In this document: one piece after another, positions 8,549-16,991 of the stretch
How the letters are laid out: each line of letters opens with the position of its first letter
Numbering within the stretch: the first letter of the stretch is position 1
Assembly (NCBI GenBank): GCA_040256005.1
Contig: JBDZWC010000050.1
Location: 1,923-19,134 of the forward strand
Source: Deinococcaceae bacterium
Lineage (GTDB): Bacteria; Deinococcota; Deinococci; Deinococcales; Trueperaceae
Direction: 5' to 3'
DNA length: 17,212 bases
Notes under the pieces: model-generated
What the model was told of the DNA's origin: nothing
The model's database searches: none
Seen by the model: the letters and a program-made list of their open reading frames with translations, nothing else
Translations under genes and position numbers: made by a program

Positions 8549-9376
8549 ATGAACCTCGTAGATCGGAACAAGAACAACACCGCCGCCATGGTGCTCATCG
8601 CCGTCGGCGTGCTGGCGCTCCTGGGCACGCTGGGCGTCTTCAAGTTCGTCGGCAGCATCCTGGGCGCGCTGCTCTTCGGCGGGCTGGCCTACTTCGCCTA
8701 CGTCGAGGGTCGTCGACGCGGCAGCGCTGCCTGGCACCTGGCCGCCTACCCGCTGGCCGGCCTGGCGATCGCTTCGATCGCGCCCTGGCGCCTCGGCAGC
8801 GGCGCGTTCCTCGCGGCCCTGGGCCTGGCGTTCGCCGTGTACTGGCGGGAAGACAGGACGCGTTGGTGGGCGCTCATCCCCGCCGGCACGCTGGCCTCGC
8901 TCGGCCTCGTCAGCTTCTTCGAGGCCGTCTTCGGGCCGTCGTCCGGCTGGCTGTTCCTCGCCGGCCTGGCGCTGACCTTCTACGCCCTCACGCGCCTGGA
9001 GGTCGACCCGCAGCCATGGGCGATCTGGCCCGCCGCGGGTCTCGGCCTGATCGCGCTGCTCTCGATCGTGGACGGCGGCAGCTGGATCTTCCCGCTGGCC
9101 CTGGTTGCCGTGGGCGCCTACCTGCTGCTGAGGAGCGGTTCTGGGCGCGACCTCCTGAAGGACGTCACCTCCCGTTACGGCGAGCCCCGGCAGGCGGCCG
9201 GCACGGGCGCGAACGGTCCGGTGGTGACGGCTCAGGACGGTGCGGCGACCACCCAGCAGCAGGCGCCGCCCGCCGTGACTACGCCGCCGGAGCGGCCCGC
9301 CGCCGCCATGCCGCCGGCAGAGGCCGACGGGACGCCGACGCCACCACGGCCGGGCGTGGGAGACGACAGCGACTAG
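8549..9376 (+). CDS. Multi-pass membrane protein with a Pro/Ala-rich disordered C-terminal tail
   Basis: Real start is ATG 8549 after a strong AGGAGGAGG RBS (275 aa, MNLVDRNKNN...). It has many hydrophobic helices. The upstream part of ORF 7733..9376 is only the antisense shadow of the regulator. Confidence 0.85.
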   Translation: MNLVDRNKNNTAAMVLIAVGVLALLGTLGVFKFVGSILGALLFGGLAYFAYVEGRRRGSAAWHLAAYPLAGLAIASIAPWRLGSGAFLAALGLAFAVYWREDRTRWWALIPAGTLASLGLVSFFEAVFGPSSGWLFLAGLALTFYALTRLEVDPQPWAIWPAAGLGLIALLSIVDGGSWIFPLALVAVGAYLLLRSGSGRDLLKDVTSRYGEPRQAAGTGANGPVVTAQDGAATTQQQAPPAVTTPPERPAAAMPPAEADGTPTPPRPGVGDDSD

Positions 9377-9425
9377 GGTCTAGTCGTGCTGCGCTGGGCC
9401 CGAGCGTGCCGGCCCGGCGTGGGGC

Positions 9426-10205
9426 CTAGGCGACCGGATCCGTATCGAGCAGCGTGCGCGCGTCCGGGTCGAGGACGTAGAACGACTCTTCTTCGGTGAG
9501 GCGCTTGCGCCAGGCGAGCTGTTGCTCGTCCGGCTCGGGCGCCCCCGGTTTGTTCTGGAGGGTCTCCAAGTCCCAGGTCTTGTCCCATTGCGAGAACACG
9601 ACCACGGTCTGGCTGTGATGCGCCTTCAGCGCCGCGATCTTGCGCCGGTACACGCCGCGGATGTCGACGGTCAGCTTGGGCTCCGGCAGGAACTCACCGC
9701 GCTTGTCCCACTGCGGGTTGTTCTCGCCGCCCACCGCTACACCCAATAGCTGGGGCCTCTCCGCGGCCGGCATGCCCCTGACGGCCAGCACGGTCGCCTG
9801 ACCGATCGCATCGTGGTCGGGGTGCACGCCGAAGCCGGGCACGAAGGTGATCACTGTGCTGGGCTCGAGGTCCCTGATCACCTCGCGGATGCGTGCCCCG
9901 AGCTCCTCGGGGTCCTCGAACTCGACGCACTTGTCGCGCAGGCCCATGAACTCGACCTGTATGCCCAGCGCCTCCGCGGCCGCGGCCATCTCCGAGGTGC
10001 GGATGTCGCGCAGCGACTCGCGGTTGGCCATCGGCGGGTTGCCCATGCGCCTGCCCATGTCGCCGTAGGTGCCGCACAGGTAGGTGGCCGGCACACCGGC
10101 CCCCGACGCGAGGGCGAGGGTGCCGCCGGCGGAGAACGACTCGTCGTCCGGATGGGGGAGCACCACCAGCAGGCCGCGCTCCGAAGTGGGATCGAAGCTC
10201 GTCAT
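9426..10205 (-). CDS. bshB2: Bacillithiol biosynthesis deacetylase BshB2 (PIG-L/LmbE family, YojG-like)
   Basis: PHPDDES and HPDHD Zn motifs, the YojG-type segment TYGDMGRRMGNPPMANRESL, and the KIAALKAHHSQ motif. It lies directly downstream of yojF. Confidence 0.85.
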   Translation of the reverse strand: MTSFDPTSERGLLVVLPHPDDESFSAGGTLALASGAGVPATYLCGTYGDMGRRMGNPPMANRESLRDIRTSEMAAAAEALGIQVEFMGLRDKCVEFEDPEELGARIREVIRDLEPSTVITFVPGFGVHPDHDAIGQATVLAVRGMPAAERPQLLGVAVGGENNPQWDKRGEFLPEPKLTVDIRGVYRRKIAALKAHHSQTVVVFSQWDKTWDLETLQNKPGAPEPDEQQLAWRKRLTEEESFYVLDPDARTLLDTDPVA

Positions 10206-10206
10206 C

Positions 10207-10578
10207 TCAGGCCTCCCGGAAGGGCGTGCGCGAGACCTGTAGGGCCACCGTCAGCTGACCCTCCGGGTCGTACCCAGCCATGAGCAGCTCGTCGCGTTCG
10301 TTGATCTCGTAGTGGGTGAGCCCGTCGGCGTAGACCCAGCCGTCGTCCAGTTTGAGGCCTACCCGGTAGGGCCCTGTGCCCTTGATGGACCCGCGCCCGT
10401 AGTTCACGCGCGCGTTGCGGATGAACGCGATGACGGGTGGCCGCTTCTCGGGCCCCATGAGCGTGTACGAGCCGGTGGTGGTCTCGAGGTGCACGTAGAC
10501 GTCCGTCTCGGCGCGCTTGTCGAGCTCCGACTGCACGGCGTTGGTCTCGATGATCTGCAAAACCTGCCTCCGGTTCAC
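10207..10578 (-). CDS. yojF: YojF family protein (DUF1806)
   Basis: Motifs VYVHLETTTGSY, AFIRNA, GPYRVGLK..GWVYADGLTHYE and AGYDPEGQLTVALQVSRTPF. Same synteny with bshB2 as Bacillus yojF-yojG. Confidence 0.88.
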   Translation of the reverse strand: MNRRQVLQIIETNAVQSELDKRAETDVYVHLETTTGSYTLMGPEKRPPVIAFIRNARVNYGRGSIKGTGPYRVGLKLDDGWVYADGLTHYEINERDELLMAGYDPEGQLTVALQVSRTPFREA

Positions 10579-10667
10579 CGCCCCGTCGTTGTGACGGCAG
10601 AGTCTAACGCTATCCGCCGCAGCCGCGGGTCCCGTCAGGGGCGCAGCGAGCGGCGTAACATCGCGCC

Positions 10668-11840
10668 ATGGACGAACTTCGTGCCGTCACGGCTGAGCTC
10701 GAGAGGGCCGGCATAGACGGTTGGCTGGTGTACGACTTCAGGGGTTCCAACGCGCCCGCCAGGCCGCTGCTGAGGGCGCTGCTCGGCGACCAGCTGGGCT
10801 CCCGCCGGGTCTTCCTCTACGTTCCGAGGCAGGGCACGCCCGTCCTGTTGGCGCATGCCATCGAGGCCGGCACGTTGAGCGGGGCGCGCGGCGTGGACAC
10901 GCGCATCTACTCGAGCACCGAGAGCCTCGACGCTGAGCTGAGGAGGGCCCTGGCCGGCGCGAAGACGGTGGCCATGGACTACTCGCCGCGCGGCGACAAC
11001 CCGTACGTGGGCAGCGTCGACGCCGGCACGGTAGAGCGTGTGCGGTCCCTCGGGGTCGACGTGGTCAGCGCCGGTGACGTCGCGCAGGTCATGCAGGTCT
11101 GGACCGAGGAGCAGCTGGAGCAGCACCTGCGCGCCGCCGAGGTGGTGCTGAAGGCGAAGGACGCGGCGTTCGGCTTCTTGGGCGAGGCGTTGTCGCTGGG
11201 ACGGGCCATCACCGAGGCCGAGGTCCAGAGCGTGATCACCGACGTCTTCCACGATGCCGGTTGCGTGTACGACCACGGTCCCAACGTGAGCTTCGGGGCC
11301 CACGCCGGGGACCCGCATCACGCGCCCTCGCCCGAGCGCTCGCTGGCGCCGGGTGAGGTAGTCCTGATCGACCTGTGGTGCAAGGTGGACCACGTGACCG
11401 CGCCCTACGCCGACGTCACGTGGATGGGCCATGCCGGGCCACCCACTCAGGGCGTGAGCCGGGCCTTCGGGGCCGTCCGAGAGGCTCGCGACACCGCTTT
11501 CCGGGCCGTCGTCGACGCCTACGCCGCGGGTCGTTGGCCCACCGGCGCCGAGGTCGACAGGGCTGCCAGGGAGGTGCTCGTACAGGCGGGCTACGGCGAG
11601 GCCTTCACCCACCGCACCGGTCACAGCCTGGGCACCGTGTCGGCGCATGGGCTGGCAGCCCACCTGGACGACTTCGAGACGCGGGACGAGCGCCTGCTGA
11701 GACCCGGGCTGGGGTTCACGATCGAGCCCGGCGTCTACTTCCCGGACTTCGGCGTGCGCAGTGAGATCAACGTGTTCATAGACGGCGACGGACCTCACGC
11801 GACCACGGACCTGCAGGCCGAGATCGAGGTCCTGCCGTAG
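10668..11840 (+). CDS. M24 family Xaa-Pro aminopeptidase/dipeptidase
   Basis: Pita-bread metal ligands in VLIDLW, YADVT, HRTGHSLG, TIEPGVY and VRSE, with a creatinase-like N-terminal domain. TAACAT lies 6 nt upstream of the ATG. Confidence 0.92.
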   Translation: MDELRAVTAELERAGIDGWLVYDFRGSNAPARPLLRALLGDQLGSRRVFLYVPRQGTPVLLAHAIEAGTLSGARGVDTRIYSSTESLDAELRRALAGAKTVAMDYSPRGDNPYVGSVDAGTVERVRSLGVDVVSAGDVAQVMQVWTEEQLEQHLRAAEVVLKAKDAAFGFLGEALSLGRAITEAEVQSVITDVFHDAGCVYDHGPNVSFGAHAGDPHHAPSPERSLAPGEVVLIDLWCKVDHVTAPYADVTWMGHAGPPTQGVSRAFGAVREARDTAFRAVVDAYAAGRWPTGAEVDRAAREVLVQAGYGEAFTHRTGHSLGTVSAHGLAAHLDDFETRDERLLRPGLGFTIEPGVYFPDFGVRSEINVFIDGDGPHATTDLQAEIEVLP

Positions 11841-11854
11841 CAGCCGGGCGCCGC

Positions 11855-12826
11855 GTGGAGCCTCTCGTGGTCGTGGGGGACTACGCCTGGGACGTGCTGA
11901 TCCGAGGGAACACGGAGCTCCTCGCGGGCGGGGACATCTACGGCGAGGTACAGCTGGCGCCGGGCGGCAGCGCGGCGAACGCCGCCGTCTGGGCGCGTCG
12001 CTGCGGCCTGCCGACGCGTTTCATCGGGAAGATCGGGAACGACCGCTTCGGGCGCCTGGCCCAGGACGAGCTCATGGAGGAGGACGTCCGGGCCGTGTGG
12101 CTCAGTACCGACGCGCACTACACGGGTGCCGTGGCGGTGTGGATCGACCACGCCGGCCAGCGCTCCATGGTCTCCGGCAAGGGGGCGGACCACTACCTGT
12201 TGCCGTCGGAGCTGCCGGAGGCGCTGCTGGGCCGCACCGGTCACCTTCACCTCTCGGCCTGGTCGTTCTTCGGGGACCCGCCGCGCGCGGCCGCCCGCAG
12301 GGCGGCTCAGGTCGCGAAGGAGGCGGGCGCCACGCTGTCGTTCGATCCCGGCTCCTTCCAGCTCATCGCCGAGACAGGGCTGGAGACGTTCGTCTCCTTC
12401 ACCGCCGACCTGGGCATCGACCTGATCTTCCCGAACGCCGAGGAGGGCGAGGCGCTGACCGGTGCGACCGAGCCGGAGCAGGTGTGCCAGCGATTGGCCG
12501 AGCTGTACCCGGGCGCGGCCGTGGCCCTGAAGCTCGATGCGGAGGGCGCCTACTACTTCGATGGCGGCGTCGGCACGCATCTCGGACCCGCACCCGGCCG
12601 CCTGGTCGACGCCACCGGCGCGGGCGACGCCTTCGCCGGCGCCTTCCTCGCCGCCCGCCTGCGAGGGGTGCCGCCGCTCGAGGCTGCGGCGTTGGCCAAC
12701 CGGGTGTCCGCCTGGGTGATCGAGCGTGTCGGGGCCAGGCCGGCGCTCGATCGCGCCATCGGGCCCGTGCTCGCGGACCTCGACGCGGCCGTGAGGGCGG
12801 CCGGCTGGGGCGAGGCCGGGGACTAG
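11855..12826 (+). CDS. PfkB/ribokinase-family carbohydrate kinase
   Basis: PfkB signatures PGGSAANAA, IGKIGNDRFG, FDPG, PNAEE and VDATGAGDAFAGAF. Confidence 0.92.
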   Translation: MEPLVVVGDYAWDVLIRGNTELLAGGDIYGEVQLAPGGSAANAAVWARRCGLPTRFIGKIGNDRFGRLAQDELMEEDVRAVWLSTDAHYTGAVAVWIDHAGQRSMVSGKGADHYLLPSELPEALLGRTGHLHLSAWSFFGDPPRAAARRAAQVAKEAGATLSFDPGSFQLIAETGLETFVSFTADLGIDLIFPNAEEGEALTGATEPEQVCQRLAELYPGAAVALKLDAEGAYYFDGGVGTHLGPAPGRLVDATGAGDAFAGAFLAARLRGVPPLEAAALANRVSAWVIERVGARPALDRAIGPVLADLDAAVRAAGWGEAGD

Positions 12827-12843
12827 CGCGCTTGGAGCCGCCA

Positions 12844-13455
12844 GTGGACGTACTGGTCGTACTGGCCCACCCGCGGCCCGACTCGCTCGGCGCCGCGCTG
12901 GCGGCGGCGGTCACGGGCGCGGCGCGCGACGCGGGCGCTCGGGTCGCATGCCATGACCTGTACGCCGACGGCTTCGACCCGCGGCTCACCGCCACGGAGA
13001 GCGTGGGCCCGGCGTTCTCGGACGACCTGGCCCGGCGCTACGCCGACGAGCTGCTGGCGGCCGACGCCGTGGTCGTCGTGCATCCCGTGTGGTTCTTCGG
13101 GCCACCGGCCATCCTCAGGGGGTGGGTCGAGCGCGTCGTGCGCGAGGGTGTGGCTTTCGACGTCGGCGCGGGGGGCGCCGTGACGGGCCGGCTGCGAGCC
13201 AGGGAGGCGCTGGTGATCACCACCGGCAACGCCGGGTCGGCCACCGAAGCCGCGCTGGGTGAGCCCGTCACACGCTTCTGGCGTGACGTCGTCTTCGCGC
13301 CTACCGGGGTTCCCCAGACGCGCCGGCTGGCGTTCGCACCGGTGCGCGGCAGCGCGGACGACGAGCGGGCGGCGTGGCTCCAGCTGGCAGCGAGCAGCAC
13401 GCAAGACGTCGTGGCGCGCGCACGGGCGTATGGTGTCTCGCACCTTGCCCAGTGA
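12844..13455 (+). CDS. NAD(P)H-dependent oxidoreductase, flavodoxin-like fold (Flavodoxin_2/KefF/MdaB-like)
   Basis: C-terminal part of ORF 12097..13455. Real start is GTG 12844 after GGAG. Motifs VLVVLAHP, DLYADGFDP, HPVWFFGPPAILRGWVERV and ITTG. Confidence 0.88.
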   Translation: MDVLVVLAHPRPDSLGAALAAAVTGAARDAGARVACHDLYADGFDPRLTATESVGPAFSDDLARRYADELLAADAVVVVHPVWFFGPPAILRGWVERVVREGVAFDVGAGGAVTGRLRAREALVITTGNAGSATEAALGEPVTRFWRDVVFAPTGVPQTRRLAFAPVRGSADDERAAWLQLAASSTQDVVARARAYGVSHLAQ

Positions 13456-14980
13456 CAGCGCCCTGACCACCGAGCGGAACTCCGGACACGCGGGTGACGC
13501 GGCGGCCCTCCAGACGCGCCGTGGGCTGGTGCTCGCCTTCCTGATGACGACGATGGCCCTGGGCTCGATCGAGGGAACCATAGTGGCGACCGCGATGCCC
13601 AGCATCGTGGCCTCGCTGGGCGGCTTCGAGCTGTACTCCTGGGTCTTCGCATCGTACCTGTTGACCCAGGCTGTGTTCACGCCCATCGCGGGCGGCGTCG
13701 CCGACAAGATCGGCCGCAAACCGGTGCTGCTGGTGAGCATCGCCCTGTTCCTCGTCGTCTCGATCGCCTGCGGCTTCGCGACGACGATGACGCAACTAGT
13801 GGCCTTCAGGTTCGTGCAGGGCGTCGGCGCGGCCGGCATCAGCACGATGGTGGTGACCCTGGCGGGCGACCTCTACACGGTCAGGGAGCGCGGGCGGATC
13901 CAGGCCTACCTGGCCAGCGTGTGGGGCGTCTCGTCCATCCTCGGCCCCTTGGCGGGCGGCCTGATCGTGGCCAACGTGGACTGGGCGTGGGTCTTCTGGT
14001 TCAACGTCCCCTTCGGGGTCGTGGCCATGCTGGGGCTGAGCCGCTACCTGAAGGAGAAGGTCTCGCACACGGGCGCCCGGGTGGACGTCGTCGGGTCGGG
14101 CCTGCTGCTCGTCGGCATCTCGGGGCTCATGGTGCTGCTCAACATGGGCCCGCGGCTGGGCCAGGGCACCAGGGCGGCGCTGGCGGCGTTCGTCGTGGCC
14201 GTCCTGGTGGTGCTCGGCAGGCACCTGTGGCGTCGCCAGGGAGGCATCCTGCCGGTCGACCTCTGGCGCGACAGCCTCGTGCTGCTGGCGAACGTCAGCG
14301 CCTTCGTGGCGGGGATCGTGATGATCGGCATCATCACGTACGCGCCGCCCTACGTGCAGGGCGTGATGGGCCACAGCCCGCTCGTGGCCGGCTTCGCCCT
14401 CACGACCATGTCGCTCGGCTGGCCCCTGGCGTCGTCCATCTGCGGTCGGCTCCTGATCCCCCTGGGGCCGGCCAACACCGCCCGCATCGGCGGCGCGGCG
14501 GCGGCGGTGGGCGGAGTGCTCTACCTCTTCCTGCGCCCCGAGCACGGGCCTTGGTGGGTCGCCGGCGCCTCGTTCGCGATCGGCTTCGCACTGGGCTTCA
14601 CGAACACCTCTTCGATCGTCTCGATCCAGTCGACCGTCCGCTGGGAGCGGAGGGCGAGCGCTACCGCGGCGAACCTCTTGATGCGCCTGCTCGGCAACTC
14701 GGTGGGAGCGGCGCTCCTCGGCGGCGTGCTGAACTCGTCGATCGTCGCGGGTATCGATCGGGCCGGCGCCGGGGACGTGCTCAGCCTCGGCACGGTCGAG
14801 CGCCTGCTCAACCCCGCCGGCGCGCCACCCACAGAGGCGCCGTTGCCGGAGGCGAGCATGGGCCTCATCCGCCAGCTGCTCGCCGGCGGGATCGAGCACG
14901 TCTTCCTGGTGACGTTCATCGCGGCCACGGCGCTCTTCGTGCTCAGCCTGCTGTGGCCGCGTTCCAGGCGCCTGGAGTAG
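13430..14980 (+). CDS. MFS drug:H+ antiporter-like transporter (DHA2/EmrB-QacA, about 14 TM)
   Basis: TIVATAMPSI, WVFASYLL, motif A GGVADKIGRK, FRFVQGVGA, GPLAGG and WAWVFWFNVP. Start is uncertain; ATG 13430 overlaps the end of the upstream gene. Confidence 0.9.
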   Translation: MVSRTLPSDSALTTERNSGHAGDAAALQTRRGLVLAFLMTTMALGSIEGTIVATAMPSIVASLGGFELYSWVFASYLLTQAVFTPIAGGVADKIGRKPVLLVSIALFLVVSIACGFATTMTQLVAFRFVQGVGAAGISTMVVTLAGDLYTVRERGRIQAYLASVWGVSSILGPLAGGLIVANVDWAWVFWFNVPFGVVAMLGLSRYLKEKVSHTGARVDVVGSGLLLVGISGLMVLLNMGPRLGQGTRAALAAFVVAVLVVLGRHLWRRQGGILPVDLWRDSLVLLANVSAFVAGIVMIGIITYAPPYVQGVMGHSPLVAGFALTTMSLGWPLASSICGRLLIPLGPANTARIGGAAAAVGGVLYLFLRPEHGPWWVAGASFAIGFALGFTNTSSIVSIQSTVRWERRASATAANLLMRLLGNSVGAALLGGVLNSSIVAGIDRAGAGDVLSLGTVERLLNPAGAPPTEAPLPEASMGLIRQLLAGGIEHVFLVTFIAATALFVLSLLWPRSRRLE

Positions 14981-15010
14981 GGAGTCACCCCGCCGGCGAC
15001 ATCTCCCGGC

Positions 15011-15706
15011 TCACAGCACGGAATCGAGCACGGCGAGCACGGCGAGGTGCAGCGGGTAGAACAGCCAGGGGAGCCTGCCGCTACGCGGCAGGCCGACAGG
15101 GAGCCGCGCGACCGCGAAGGGCACCGGGACGGCTAGCAGGGCCGCCGGCCACACGACCCAGTCGTAGTTCTGCAGCGCCACCACGAAGGCGGCCACCGCC
15201 CAGGCCAGGGGGGTACGTGCGGTGAGCGCCCACCACCAGGCGACGACCAACGCGACGCCGGCTGCCCCGTACTCGACCCTGGTGGCCGCGATCATCACGC
15301 CGACCAGTCCGAGGGGCAACGCCAGCGGCGCGCGAGCCATCAGGTGCTGCCTGTTCGTGAGCAGCACGAGGGTGAAGGCGCCGAGGAACAGGGTGCCGAG
15401 GATGTTGATCACGAACCTGTCGAACGCCAGGTAGTGGGGCAGTAGCGAGACGGCGCACCAGGCCAAGAGCGGGACGAGGTAGCGGCGCGGCTTCACGCCG
15501 CGGCGCGCGACGTTATACGCCAGGAGGAACGCGAAGAGCGGCCACGCTACCCGCCCGATGGCCCGCAGCGGCAGCGCGTCGGACGGGTCGAGGAGTATCG
15601 CCCCGACGTGGTCGACGACCATCGTGACGATCGCTACCCAGCGGACCACCTCCTGCTGCCCTGAATCGAGTACCGGGTCGACCAGGTAGCGCCGTGCCAC
15701 GACCAT
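15011..15706 (-). CDS. TraX-family membrane protein (putative acyltransferase)
   Basis: TraX-like motifs AIVTMVVDH, IGRVAWPLFAF, NILGTL, EYG and FYPLHL. TACGCT lies 6 nt upstream of the ATG. Confidence 0.8.
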   Translation of the reverse strand: MVVARRYLVDPVLDSGQQEVVRWVAIVTMVVDHVGAILLDPSDALPLRAIGRVAWPLFAFLLAYNVARRGVKPRRYLVPLLAWCAVSLLPHYLAFDRFVINILGTLFLGAFTLVLLTNRQHLMARAPLALPLGLVGVMIAATRVEYGAAGVALVVAWWWALTARTPLAWAVAAFVVALQNYDWVVWPAALLAVPVPFAVARLPVGLPRSGRLPWLFYPLHLAVLAVLDSVL

Positions 15707-15807
15707 GCAGGCAGCGTATACGCGACGAGCGCGCCTTCCGGCCCCTGGGAACCGGAGCGGGGAGTGGTGGCGGTTAGAGTCGCCATGAGCACGGAGGTAA
15801 GGCGCAG

Positions 15808-16668
15808 TTGGCGATCGTCATCAAGTCTGTGTCCTGGGTCGCGGTCGCGGTGCTGGTGGGCGCGGCGTTGAGGCGCTACTGGCTGAGCCCGCGTGCGCGG
15901 GTGCCGGTGCTAGCGGTCGCGCTCGCCGCGGCCGCCGTGCCCATAGCGGGGGCGGTCGACCTGTGGCACACCGTGAGCCAGGTGAGGTCGCCGGTCTCGT
16001 TCGACCTGTGGTGGCGCTACGCGTCCACGACCGCACACGGCCACGCCGTCCTGTGGCGTTCCGTGGCGGCGATCGCGCTGGCTCTGTGCGTGTGCCTGGC
16101 GCCTAGGTCGTGGTGGCCCTTCGCCGCCGCGACGGCGGTGTGGTCGTGCTACGGCTTCAGCCGCCTGAGTCACGCCGCCGCGATGGGCGGCGCGGTGCCG
16201 CTGGGCTACGACCTAGCGCACCTCTTGGGCGCAGCGGCCTGGGCCGGCGGCGTATGGGTCGTCACGATCGCGCGCGACGACGTGACGGCGACGCTCAGGC
16301 TGTCGAGCTTGGCGCTGTGGTGCGTCGTGGCGCTGGGGATAGCCGGCGTGCTGAGCGCGCTCGTGCACACGTCCGACCCGGCGCGCTTCTTCTCCTCGCA
16401 GTACGCGCTCGCGCTGGGCGTGAAGCTCCTGGCGGTGGTCGCGGCGTTGGCCCTGGCCGCGCGCAACCGCTTCTCGCTCGTACCGCGGTCCGTGGCGACG
16501 GGGGACCGAAGGGGGCTCGACAGGTCCATGTACGCCGAGAGCGCGGTCCTGCTGATCGTGCTTGTGCTGACCGGGTGGTTGTCCACGACCGCCGTGCCGC
16601 ACGGCCAGGAAGGGAGCATGGACGTCCTCGAGAACCTGCGGCGGGTGGTCGAGTACCTGTCGCCCTGA
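15808..16668 (+). CDS. CopD-family copper resistance membrane protein
   Basis: Motifs LSHAAA, AHLLGAAAWAGG, YALALGVKL and AARNRF, and ES..LLIVL..TGWLST. TTG start after GGAGGT; an in-frame TAG at 15775 limits any upstream extension. Confidence 0.78.
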   Translation: MAIVIKSVSWVAVAVLVGAALRRYWLSPRARVPVLAVALAAAAVPIAGAVDLWHTVSQVRSPVSFDLWWRYASTTAHGHAVLWRSVAAIALALCVCLAPRSWWPFAAATAVWSCYGFSRLSHAAAMGGAVPLGYDLAHLLGAAAWAGGVWVVTIARDDVTATLRLSSLALWCVVALGIAGVLSALVHTSDPARFFSSQYALALGVKLLAVVAALALAARNRFSLVPRSVATGDRRGLDRSMYAESAVLLIVLVLTGWLSTTAVPHGQEGSMDVLENLRRVVEYLSP

Positions 16669-16684
16669 CCGAACGAGCAGCCCT

Positions 16685-16714
16685 GTGGTCAGCAAGTGAC
16701 CACAACGTGACCAC
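16685..16714. repeat. Array of three 8-bp boxes at 11-bp period (left array)
   Basis: GTGGTCAG 16685-16692, GTGACCAC 16696-16703 and GTGACCAC 16707-16714, each separated by 3 nt. Confidence 0.9.
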
Positions 16715-16735
16715 ATGATTCGTCGAGCCGGACCG

Positions 16736-16966
16736 TCACATCGCCCGCTTGAGCAGCGCGATCATCTCGGTCTGGCTCATGTCGCTGGAGTCGATGGCGT
16801 CCTTCAACAGCTCCGCCAGTTCTACGAGGGCGGGGTCGCCGTTGGCGTCCTGAGCGGGGACGAAGTAGCCGACGAGATGACCGTGGCGCTCGATCCGCAG
16901 GCCCTCGCCTGCCGCCAGGAGCTTCGTAGCGTGGTCCCTGAACTCGCGCACACCGACGTTCTTCAC
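16736..16966 (-). CDS. Phd/YefM-like antitoxin-fold DNA-binding protein, no adjacent toxin
   Basis: Start GTG 16966 after an AGGAGGT RBS; 76 aa. [37 protein letters not shown] fits the Phd/YefM N-terminal beta-alpha-alpha-beta-beta pattern. Acidic helical C-terminus. Confidence 0.8.
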   Translation of the reverse strand: MKNVGVREFRDHATKLLAAGEGLRIERHGHLVGYFVPAQDANGDPALVELAELLKDAIDSSDMSQTEMIALLKRAM

Positions 16967-16991
16967 GAGCACCTCCTGCGAGAGATCGCAT

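Noticed and set aside
12097..12843. Apparent N-terminal extension or fusion of the flavodoxin-fold protein
   Set aside because: It is an Arg/Gly-rich off-frame reading of the PfkB gene. The domain begins at GTG 12844 with its own RBS.
10635..14988. Long minus-strand ORFs (10635..11798, 11795..12580, 12823..13845, 13796..14899)
   Set aside because: They are shadows of plus-strand genes that carry clear family motifs.
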